Assembly: GCA_965203965.1 (NCBI GenBank)
Contig: CBDBDR010000002.1
Coordinates: forward strand, 1 to 30,514
Direction: 5' to 3'
Source: Thermodesulfobacteriota bacterium
Lineage (GTDB): Bacteria > Desulfobacterota_D > UBA1144 > Nemesobacterales > JAJCZQ01
DNA: 30,514 nucleotides
A program made the translations under genes and the position numbers. Shown here piece by piece: positions 11,952-21,680 of the stretch. Position 1 is the first letter of the stretch. Each line of letters starts with the position of its first letter. Under the pieces are notes generated by a model. It saw only the letters and a list, made by a program, of their open reading frames with translations, searched no databases and was not told where the DNA came from.

Positions 11952-12302
11952 ATGGCGGCTGGACGTTTCTTCGTGTCGTTCACACCAGAAGCAGAGTCAA
12001 TTTCGTCGTACCTAGAAAGAATCAATCTCTTCATGACGGCAAGTGGGACAGCTGACGAGAAGAAAGTTGCAGTTCTCCTCAGTTCTGTGGGACTAGCAGC
12101 GTACACTGTCCTACGCGACCTCTGTAGGCCCGTTCTGCCGGAAACGAAGACCTACGGCGAGCTCACCGAACTCCTGGAACAGCAATACAAAGCCAAGCCA
12201 TTAGTCATTGCCGAAAGATTTTATTTTGGTCAAAGGAGCCAGAAAGAAGGAGAGACGATAGCTGAATACGTCGCCGAGCTTCGTCGTTTGTCGGCTAACT
12301 AG
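11952..12302 (+). pseudogene. Ty3/Gypsy (Mag/K02A2.6-like) gag N-terminal fragment, 3' truncated
   Basis: MAAG..F.PEAESISSYLERINLFMTASG..KKVAVLLSSVG..AYTVLRDLCRP..KTYGELTELLEQQY..VIAERFYF.QRSQKEGETIAEYVAELRRLSAN, including the major-homology-region Q..GE.I.EY..ELR.L. Ends abruptly at a T-tract; no pol follows. Confidence 0.88.
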
Positions 12303-14038
12303 TTTTTTTTGAAGGGGGGCATAAAATTTTAATTTAATGACAGATGTAGTACAGGAAATGAATTCAAAAATAATGAAGGTAATAGCAGAAATCAAATACA
12401 GCAGTCAGGAACGATACAACAGTCAGGCAGCTGCAGGGGCCATTCGGCACTCTGCAAGTGCACGATCAAAATCCAGGGAAAGATGGATAGGGCGAGAACG
12501 AGTGCCGCGGAGTACTGCGACTACGGAGAGCCGGGACGGGACGGGACACAGGCGGGATGTCCCGTCCCGTCCCGCATACTAAAATGCGGGACGCACTATA
12601 GTGCAGTGAGCATTCAATACAAGCTTTGCACATAGGCCTGGATGGGACTATGACTATATCTGTGTACTGCATTATACTGTGTGTCCTTGTTTTATGGTTA
12701 TCTTGTTGTCCTAGGCTACAATGATCAGTATAATGTGTTCTTCCACTCGGCTATACTCTTTATATCTCTATTGTGAATGGTAATTCCACCACTTCACGTT
12801 TCATTCTGACAACTTCAGAATCGTCTGGCATATATAATTTTGTGTGATATCTTCGGGGTTCAAACTAAAAGGCGATTGCAATTGTTTCCAGTGGTTAAGG
12901 TTTGTTTGTAATTGTATTGTGTACATTTTAACTCCACAGTATGAACTTGAGACCTCCACATTAATTTTAGCAACTGATCACAGTAAAACCTACTTGACAG
13001 CAACGTCTAGCTGTGTACTCCCAAGATGATCTTTTCACTGCCCGTTTGAGACATGTTTGTACTATTATAACCAGAAACAACTAGGCACCGAAGGTGCTTA
13101 TGCCTCGGTGGAATGTTATGCATACATGCCTGTCTGACTAAATACGCTGAACTGAAATACACAAGCAGTAATGAAAGTCTGCTGTTGCTAGTTGAACACT
13201 ATGCTAGTGGCTGACGACTTATAAAATTATTACGAAGTTCAGCACCTCATATGAGAGACAATAAATCTGACATGGTATTCAATAGTGGCAATGAATATTT
13301 TACATAATATTATACTAGTGAGATGTAAGGAGTAGAGAAAAGAAAATAAACATACACAGTAAAGTTAAACTGCAGCTGTTGTACCTTTCTGTATAGCCTC
13401 GCCTCCAGGCCACTCCCCCTGCTGAGGAGATGGCCTGGTCCAGACTGTCTGCGCATGCTCCAATATTACCAGTAAAACCTGGTAATCAGTAAAACATTGC
13501 ACACGATCGGGGCATTTAACGCACACTATCGAGACATGTCCGTTTCATCATCCTATTGAAACAGCTAGTTTAAACTATGCAAGAAGGCTTCTGGTGCAAA
13601 CATGCTGTTGTACCCAAAAGAAATGGCGTTTTTGGTCCGGAGAGAGTGATTCTAGCACACGGAAGTCTGTAGATTGTCAAGGGGGCGTGGCTAACTTCGC
13701 TCGCAAACCTTCGCGTAAGAATCACGTTGTGCAAGTTGATATTGCGTATTATCAGTGATCACAGCACTAGTTTGTACGTGTAATGGTTACAAAGGTTAGT
13801 GAAATGCACAGAAACAAAGGCTAGAATTACTGTCCGCACTTTGAGGGTAAACGGAAAATCTTCGCGCATGCGTATGCAGTCATTACCAGGCCATTTAGCC
13901 TCGTGACCAGGCTCGTATTAGAGCCTGGTTCATACTGCACGCGCATGCGTCAAATTTTCCTGGAATGTCAGGAAACCGTGTTATTATTAGTAAACTGCCG
14001 TGTTATGTTGACGTCATCAGAACAGCTGTAGCTTATGA

Positions 14039-15452
14039 ATGGAAGCTTTTGAAAGCGCCATCTCCCACGCACTTCAGCGCGTCTGTCCGGGAATTACTCC
14101 CAAACCAGAACAACTTGATGCCATACGTGCAGTTTACAACGGGAAAGACGTATTCGTATGGCTGCCAACTGGATTTGGGAAGTCATTCTGCTACGAGATG
14201 CTCCCGTTTGTGATGGATCACAAGCTTGGTCGAGTGAGTACTACATGCAGCAGCGTCGTTTTAGTGATCTCGCCCCTTATCGCTCTCATGGTTGACCAAG
14301 TTATCAGTTTGAGAAGGCGAGGTATTCGAGCAGCAGTACTGAGTACTGGAAGTGGCGTTGAGAAATCACTTATAGCCAGTGAAGAAGACCTTGCAGAGTG
14401 TAGCTTATTGTATAGTGCTCCAGAATCTCTAGTAATATCTAGATGGAAAGATGTCTTGGAAACTCCTGTGATTTCTAAGAGAATAGTGGCTGTAATTGTT
14501 GATGAAGCACACTGCGTGTCAATGTGGTACGTATATTTATCATGATTATTTTTTATGGTAATGCATGGACTATCAATTCATAGAATCTACTACACTGTAT
14601 AATTTTATTTAGGAGTAAAGACTTTAGACCAGCATACGGCCGCCTTCATGAAATCAGGGCACTTATGCCACCATGTACTCCATTGCTTGCTTGTACGGCT
14701 ACAGCAACCAAGAGCGTCAGGGAGCAACTAATCGTGAGTCTCAATATGGAAGGGTGTGAGCTAGTGTTCACTTCAGTAGACAGGCCCAAATATATACCAT
14801 GAAGTAAAAGGCCGCACTGACATAAAGTCTGACATGGAGCCATTTGTGAATAGTTTGAAGAAAAACAAGATCAGTTCTCCACGTGTGATTGTCTATTGCC
14901 AATCTCTGAATTTTTGTTCTGACTTATATGCACATTTCTTATTTGAACTGGGTGACAGAGCCTACTATCCCATGGGTAGTGAAAAGATCCCTGAAAATCG
15001 TGTTATTGCCATGTTTCACTCTCGGACCAATGAGGAAAACAAGAAGATTGTGCTAGCTAGCTTGACCAAGCCCAAAGGAACTGTACGGATAGTATTTGCT
15101 ACTGTAGCATTGGGCATGGGCATTCACTTAGCAGATGCAGATACCATATTGCATTATGGTGCCCCAACAAGCATTGATGACTACTGTCAAAGTAGTGGAA
15201 GAGGAGGTCGCAGTGGTGGACAAGCCAAGTCAATAATTTTTTGGAAACCTCGTGACTGCCCACGAAAAAAAAGATCCCACTACACCTCATGATCATGAGA
15301 TGGCTGCTGTAAGAAGCTACCTAGAACTTAAAACAACCTGTCGCCGCAAATGGTTACTGGGCTACTTTGGACAATCATCTATGTTTACTGGGGGTGCAAG
15401 TTTGTGTTGTGATATTTGTAGTGATGCATGTCAAACTCTGGATACTCAGTGA
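14039..15452 (+). CDS. RecQ-like superfamily-2 DEAH helicase of the AcademH element (intron 14527-14612; two 1-nt frameshifts in A-runs)
   Basis: Motifs KPEQ, LPTGFGKSFCY (Walker A), VISPLIALMVDQV, VDEAHC, W|SKDFRPAY, TATAT, DRPNI, IVYC, MFHS, VFATVALGMGI, HYGAP, QSSGRGGRSG, and the RecQ Zn module CRR..YFG..CCDIC. Frameshifts near 14788 and 15270. Confidence 0.9.
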
Positions 15453-15566
15453 TGTAATTTTTGTTATGGACAAAAAAGCAATTAATGTATAGTAAACAAA
15501 AATTGAATAGTAACAATAATAAAGTATGCTGTATACAGTAAACAAAAAACTAATTATAAAATGAAA

Positions 15567-17890
15567 CTAATCCTCATCACTATCGCATTCCTCCTCATCA
15601 CTTTCTGTTAGCCCAGCACCTTGGTAGTTTGCAAAAAGAGTTTGCTTCTTTTCAATCCACTCATGTGTTTTCTCTCTGTCCCAAGCATTGAGAGGATCTA
15701 AGGAGAAATTAGGACACGAGGAGTGCTTTCTTCCAGCGATTGGATAGAGCAGCTTTCTGTCTCTTACGACTGAGGCTACTTTAGCAACATCTTGTGCATC
15801 ATACCGAGTAAAGTGATAGCTTGACCCAGTAGGGACACCTGACTGCTTGTCAAAAGATTTGCATATATTTTTGTAAAGCGGTAACAGAACGTGCTGCACG
15901 CTGCAAGGCTTTCTTCCGTAAGGTTGGATCCATGTTGCCTACAATTTCTTTTATCAATTTATTGACATGCTCATTGTGAAGATCGCAGGGAATGTTACAG
16001 CCTATTCCACCCCTGGTGTTTATAAACCTGTCCCACACAATGTGATGAGCCAAATGTGGAGACAGATATGCTGCCACTTGGAATTGAAAGCGGAGTGCCT
16101 GCAAAGCATACTTGGTGTGCCCATAACAAATAAAGTGAGGCATGAGTAATCTATAGCAACGATAGATCCTGTCACCATCGCCCTCAGCCCATGCATCATA
16201 GAACTCTAAGACAATACCTCCAAAATGGCACAAGACGCGTGCGTAGTTGTAGACTCCATCTCCAGATTCATAATCTTGCTTTTTCGTCCAGTCTACTCCA
16301 ATCAATGAGACTCTGTCAACTACCTTAGTAGAAATTGATGTGACAAACGATGACTGTTGCTCCAAGGTGCCTTTGATGATACCTGAAGGTAACTGAAGTG
16401 GAGAATCGGGACTGCTGATTCCTAGAATGTCGCAAGCAGCTGCAACAAGATGACCTTTAACAACGGTAAGGAAAAAGTCAAGAGGTAGCATTGACTTCTT
16501 TCTTTGGCTTTGACGGAACTGTAGTGCGATTGAGTCGGCTCTTAAAATAACCAAGGGTGCCGTGATCACGTGAAGAGTGCTTCTTGTCATTGTAGAGACA
16601 TTTCCAGGCAGCCTATATAATCATTATAATAATTATAATAAAACATTATAGTAAAAATGTCAAAGTATATATTTACCGTAAGAGTGATTACAAGTGTGTG
16701 CCAGTCTTCAAGTTGAGGCTCTAGTAGCTGCAGTGATACGTCGTTGGTCTTGCCATCCATCATATGGCGCTGGGAAGATGCCTGTCGTTCGCAAGTGAGC
16801 TGATCTCCTCCTGACAATACTTTCTCTTCTAGAGAATAGTCATTGCCAAGGTATCCTTGCAGAGACTGCATGATGTCGATCATTTCTGGGCCACACCGCC
16901 TCATTCTTCATTAAAACATCCAGAACAACTACTACTTCAGACATTTTGCCCATCTCCTTCGAGCTATTTGTGCACTATGTGTTTAGGCACTGCCTTTGAG
17001 AGAGGAGCGAGGCATCTGATGTAGAAGGTAAGAAAGCGAGATACAATTGTTACAAGATTGCTCTTCACTGCCTCAAATATCATTTGAACTAGGTAAAAAC
17101 GATTTTGATGTAAATGACAACAAATCTGCAACCTCTCCGGAGTGAGACAGATCAGATGAGGGTAGACGGCTACGAGCTGCCAGTACACTATACATGTGAA
17201 GCATCTCTCCTTGGTTGTCAGAACGAACATCACGTACACGCCGTTTCTTGTCAACATTGTCGCCAATAAACTTGAACGTGGTGCCTTCTTTAATCCATTT
17301 TTGTATTGGATTTCTTATGGAGCTTGCTCACTTGGCCTATTAATGGTAGCGTAGCACTATAACTAATACAGATATTAAGATGATTTAGGCGTGAGTATAC
17401 CTAGACAAAATAGAAAAAAATAATATGTAGCAATAATAGCATAATAGCTATATAGCAGCTATAAACATAGAACATACCTTTTTCTCTACATGAGTGGAAA
17501 ACAGCAAGAGGGATACAAGTGATTGTATTGCAGGTGGTCTTTTCTCTTAAGGTGTCTGGTGTAAGATCAACTGCTGCTCCACTGGTTTCCTTTGGTCTCT
17601 TTGTGAGATTCTGATTGGCTCCTCTGGTCTAGCAGAGTCTTGTAACTCTGCGAAGCTTGTAATTGGAAGCTTTCAAGGTCTATTGCACACTTTTCTAGCT
17701 TTTCTACCCGCCTACAACACTTTGCACAGATGTGCTGAGGCAGGGAATCGTCTGAAGCCACTTGCACGCCAAGAAGATTGACAATTCTTTGGATCCAGTC
17801 TTGCTTCTTCCCAGTCTTGCTCATTAATGAAACACGGTGGTTTGATGGTACATTTGAAAGACACAAACGGCACTGCCATTGCGAGGCCAT
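15567..17890 (-). CDS. AcademH-type transposase (DUF6589-like) with an N-terminal C2-C2 (zf-AD-like) zinc finger; introns about 17401-17477 and 16613-16676; several frameshifts
   Basis: N-terminus CRLC..LPQHICAKC; then YSRLNHLNICISY, FKFIGDNVDKK..VRD.RSDNQGEMLHMYS, GGDQLTCER, LEDWH, AWAEGDGDRI, HTKYALQA, FINTRGG.GCNIPCDLHNEHVNK; acidic C-terminal tail. Confidence 0.85.
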
Positions 17891-18369
17891 GATGAAGACG
17901 GCAGGCGAATTCACGCATTATACGTCATAATCAATAAACAACGAACAGGAAGTACGTAATAATTGATTTTGGGAGCTCGCTCACGCTCTCCGCACGTTAA
18001 TATTTAGCGCATGCGCGTGCAGTATGAACCAGGCTCTAATACGAGCCTGGTCACGAGGCTACAGGCCATTATATAAAAATGGCCTGGATGCGAGGCTACT
18101 TTCTGTACAGCAATCACAATGCAGTATAATAGTTATGCAATCAGAAGCCAATCAGTGCTGACCACTAATTCAACTGGGCGTGTCTATGTTGTTCAGGGCA
18201 CAGCACGTACAGTACAACGAGCGAGATAGCGCGATAAGGGGTTACGGTTGTCATCCGCCTCCTCGCACAGGCCGGAAATCTCAATTACAGGCCGGAAGCT
18301 TCTATAAAGCTCCACCAAAGGTAGCACTACCTGGAGATTGCTTGGAAGATAGCTGATGCTCCTTGCTCC

Positions 18370-18681
18370 CATAGGCGGCTGCAGGAATAGGAAGTTGCCC
18401 GGGCTCATAGTAGCGGCGCGCTTGCGCGCCCGGAAAATTTTTGCATTAATGATATTCATATGGGGCGTGGTTCCATTATTTGAAGAAGATAAAGCTCTTG
18501 GTGAGATTCTGCGACGCGAAGAACGAGCTCATCTGCAGTTTCGAAGATAAGTTTCGTTACTACAAGCCAGTTTAGCCTTGAACACTGCACGTTATATACG
18601 TTGCGCACGCGCATCAACATTTCAGTTAGCCAAGCCAGCCCGGGCATAGCCCGGACATGCCCGGGCCTGCAGCCGCTTATG
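18370..18681. mobile_element. hAT-type MITE, 312 bp, 8-bp TSD CTTGCTCC
   Basis: TIR CATAGGCGGCTGCAGG / CCTGCAGCCGCTTATG (15 of 16 match). CTTGCTCC at 18362-18369 and 18682-18689. Subterminal GCCCGG repeats. Confidence 0.88.
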
Positions 18682-19876
18682 CTTGCTCCTGATGCTGGCG
18701 CTGCTGTTTAGCCGTCCTCACGTGTAAGTTAGTACTGTACGTGCATGTACCTAGTCTCGATTACCCTGCACCGTCTGCTATTAACGATTCCAGACGAAAA
18801 TTAAAAAACCCGATGTAAGCTTTTTCCAGATCTCCTTTAAACGGCCCTGTCTTCTGCGATCAGAATGGTGCTTGAATTGCAGGAATTGGCCAAGGGAGAG
18901 CAAAGTTACAACCTTGCAACTAAGTTGAATTGGTTAAAAAATTTCCGACTCGTTTTAATAGAAAAAACGGTATCAGTATGCTTTTCTATTAGCCATTATC
19001 ATTGGAACTACTGCAAGGATTTAAAACTTTTTTCGCCTTTTGTCGATTTTCTGAATAGTGAAAATTATACACTGACCTCTGAGACAATGATAGAGACTAG
19101 TTTACTTGACAAACGGCCTTCGTTGAACCGGGTTGACGCGGGAAAATTAGTCACTTGCACGCCGGCCCAGTGATATCTTCCAATTTCGCTACTGCTGTGT
19201 AGTTTGCAGGCATGAACCAATATCATAAAGTATGTCACATCCACCTACTTCGTCTTTTGCACGCACTTTGCAGCTCTGTTACAGTAGCAGTTAAGGGCGA
19301 AGCTACATGAAGTATTTTTTATGCAAAGTTGAATCTTTTCGCTGATTTGCGAAGTTACAACACATCTTATTGACGCGAAAGTCCCTCCCTAAGAAAGAGG
19401 AGGAAAATAGCTATCGAACGATGTATACCAAGCTGGGGAGCGTTCCTTTTTGCGGCAGCGAAAGCGAAGTACCATCTCACTAAGTCAGATTTGCCGGAAA
19501 TTTTTAAATAACTGAACTTAATAATTGGAATCGTTACTGCTATTCCCCACTGATCAACACACACCAACAGTGTGCTAAATATAATTTATACATACTAATG
19601 TCAAACGCCCTTGCTAATGTGTAGTGTATGTTGTGTGTATGCCTCGGTGTATATTGTGTGTGTACGTGCCTGCATAGATAATAAAGTAATTCAGACCTCC
19701 CCAATGTCAAAATGCAATACGTGCATGTACTAATCTATGTACATCATGATTCTACATAGAGCAAGGTTGATACAATGTGAATAGATGCCTAGTAGTTGAT
19801 GTGTAGGCATTAGAGGGTTAAGCATTTTGTTGTGTAGGTCAATATGTGTGTCGTCAATAGCATGACAGTTTATTAT

Positions 19877-19925
<49 letters not shown>

Positions 19926-20012
19926 CTCAATAACCAGTTGCCATAGCATCTTTGTGTGTCATAAGGATGCTGCTCCCTATTGGCTATGCTTGCAGTGCTA
20001 TGTTGGTGTAAT

Positions 20013-20677
20013 AGGCCTTTCCACCGTAAGGGAAAATATGCAAGGAATGTAGCGCAACGTAATTCTGCGTGTTATGACGTCATTTGCTGGAGTACATTGG
20101 CGATCACTACTACAGCGTTGTTTCTCTCATTAGAAGCGCATTTTAGTTCCCTTTCATTGTTTTCCTAGACTTTCACCGATGGCGAAGCTAGGACGATGAC
20201 TTGCTGCTGAAACCGCAAGGTAGTAATGCCATACAGTCGAGTTTGTTTGCTGCCATTTGTCCAAAAACGACTCTCACGCGGCTCCTGAGGAGTCTAGAAC
20301 TGTAGTTCTAGCAAGACAACTTATTTTTCAACTGTTTTACCTTAGCATAACAACTATAGCTTTAACAATGAACTGCATGGCTCTCTACAGGACTTTCAAG
20401 ACCGCTCCTGGGAGTCTTCTATGACCAAACTCAACACTCGTTGCCTACTACCAACTCACAATATTACCATGTGCTTCTTCATAAATAGATATGGCTATTT
20501 TTAGACTAGTGGGTGATGTATACAGTCTTAGCGCAGTGCAGTACTTGTTTGTTTCTGGCGTCCATGGCTCTGAGCGTACTCCAGCAAATGACGTCGCTCG
20601 CCGTCACTGCTCGTCATTTCTCGATGAATTTCATTAATTTTAATCAACATTCCTTATGCCTTATAATGGAAAGGCCT
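20013..20677. mobile_element. MITE of probable PIF/Harbinger-group origin, 665 bp, 3-bp TSD AAT
   Basis: Ends AGGCCTTTCCA..TAAGG..AAGGAATGT and ACATTCCTT..CCTTA..TGGAAAGGCCT; AAT on both flanks. Confidence 0.7.
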
Positions 20678-21430
20678 AATAGCTAAACCACAAACCAGCA
20701 ACAAAGTCACTACGTAGTCTGGACAGCAGTTGAGTAAAATGAATTGATGGCTACTGCACGCTAGACACTACCATGCATGCATGAACTTAATTATGTGATT
20801 GGTGGCCCGAACTGTTCATGGCTATGTACAGTAGCAGATGGCTTCACCTATAGCTGAATCTGTTTACTTGAGTCACTTGACATGGGTTGTCAGCTAGGGT
20901 GGCATGGATAGTGGTTAGAGTACTTGTCATCATGGAATCCGTAGCCATCAAAGAGTTAAATTATCGCTCTCCCTCTCCTCTCTCCTCTCTCTCTCTCTAA
21001 TTGTCTTTGTTTCAATGTTTCTATCTCTGTATTTTCATCTGTCTCTTACTCTATACATGTAGCTCTCTCCAAATCTGTCTGCTTTCACTCTCTATCTTAC
21101 ACACATTATAAGCAAAAGCAAAATCTGTGTATGCATGTGCATGAGTGCGTATGTGTGCATGAGTGCATGTGTGTGTGTGTGTGTGTAAAAATTCACCTCC
21201 TAAAATTTTTACAAATAAAACAAGCTCTACTAGAAAAACAAAAATATGATATTATGTGAGATGATGGAATAGTTATAAATGAGCTTCTGCTGATTGAAGG
21301 TCAATTATGAAACCTGAATGAAAGTCAGGTTTCATAATGCGTGCAAGTTTTCCTGCACGCACATTCTCAATCACTTACATAATTTGTGCTCATACTCTCT
21401 CTCTCACTAGTCTTCATCTCTCAAACTATG

Positions 21431-21509
21431 TCTGATTGACTGCACTGATGAGATCCGATAGATCGAAACAGTCTGATAACTCATGTTGTCAACTGTCTGC
21501 AGTTTCAGA
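21431..21509 (+). ncRNA. Type I hammerhead ribozyme
   Basis: Stem I TCTGA..ACTGCA / TGCAGT..TCAGA; core CTGATGA (21445-51); stem II GATC-cgata-GATC; GAAA (21465-68); stem III ACAGT.TGATAAC-tcat-GTTGTCA.ACTGT; GTC cleavage triplet ending at 21497. Confidence 0.88.
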
Positions 21510-21680
21510 TTCTATGTTTCTGTTCTCTCTTTTCAATTATTATTTTGTTCAGCAAAAATTAATGTGTTCACATTGTTAAAATGTAGATCTAATCATACGA
21601 TTGATTCAGCTGTGTTCTATCAATAATGTATTTCACATGTACTACACTAGCCTAGCCTCATCCCCAGGCCACACCCTCCT

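Larger units (their letters stand above)
13896..18061. mobile_element. Helicase-encoding AcademH-type DNA transposon (4,166 bp), perfect 54-bp TIRs, 9-bp TSD CAGGCCATT
   Basis: TIR TAGCCTCGTGACCAGGCTCGTATTAGAGCCTGGTTCATACTGCACGCGCATGCG at 13896-13949 and inverted at 18008-18061. TSD at 13887-13895 and 18062-18070. Encodes a RecQ-like helicase and a convergent transposase. Confidence 0.92.
13394..18098. mobile_element. Non-autonomous AcademH-like element (~530 bp without the nested insert), 9-bp TSD CTTTCTGTA
   Basis: Ends TAGCCTCGCCTCCAGGCCA and TGGCCTGGATGCGAGGCTA. Exact direct repeat CTTTCTGTA at 13385-13393 and 18099-18107. Subterminal GCGCATGC motifs on both sides. Confidence 0.9.

Noticed and set aside
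14039..15452. Host RecQ gene (BLM/WRN/RECQL)
   Set aside because: Minimal core only, located inside TIRs and TSD next to a transposase, so it is transposon-encoded.
18752..19099. Possible further AcademH-like MITE (TAGTCTCGATTA..TGATAGAGACTA)
   Set aside because: Only 10 of 12 terminal bases match and the flanks show no 9-bp TSD.
18193..19567. Several 60-100 aa ORFs
   Set aside because: No recognisable motifs; they overlap MITE or repeat-like non-coding sequence.
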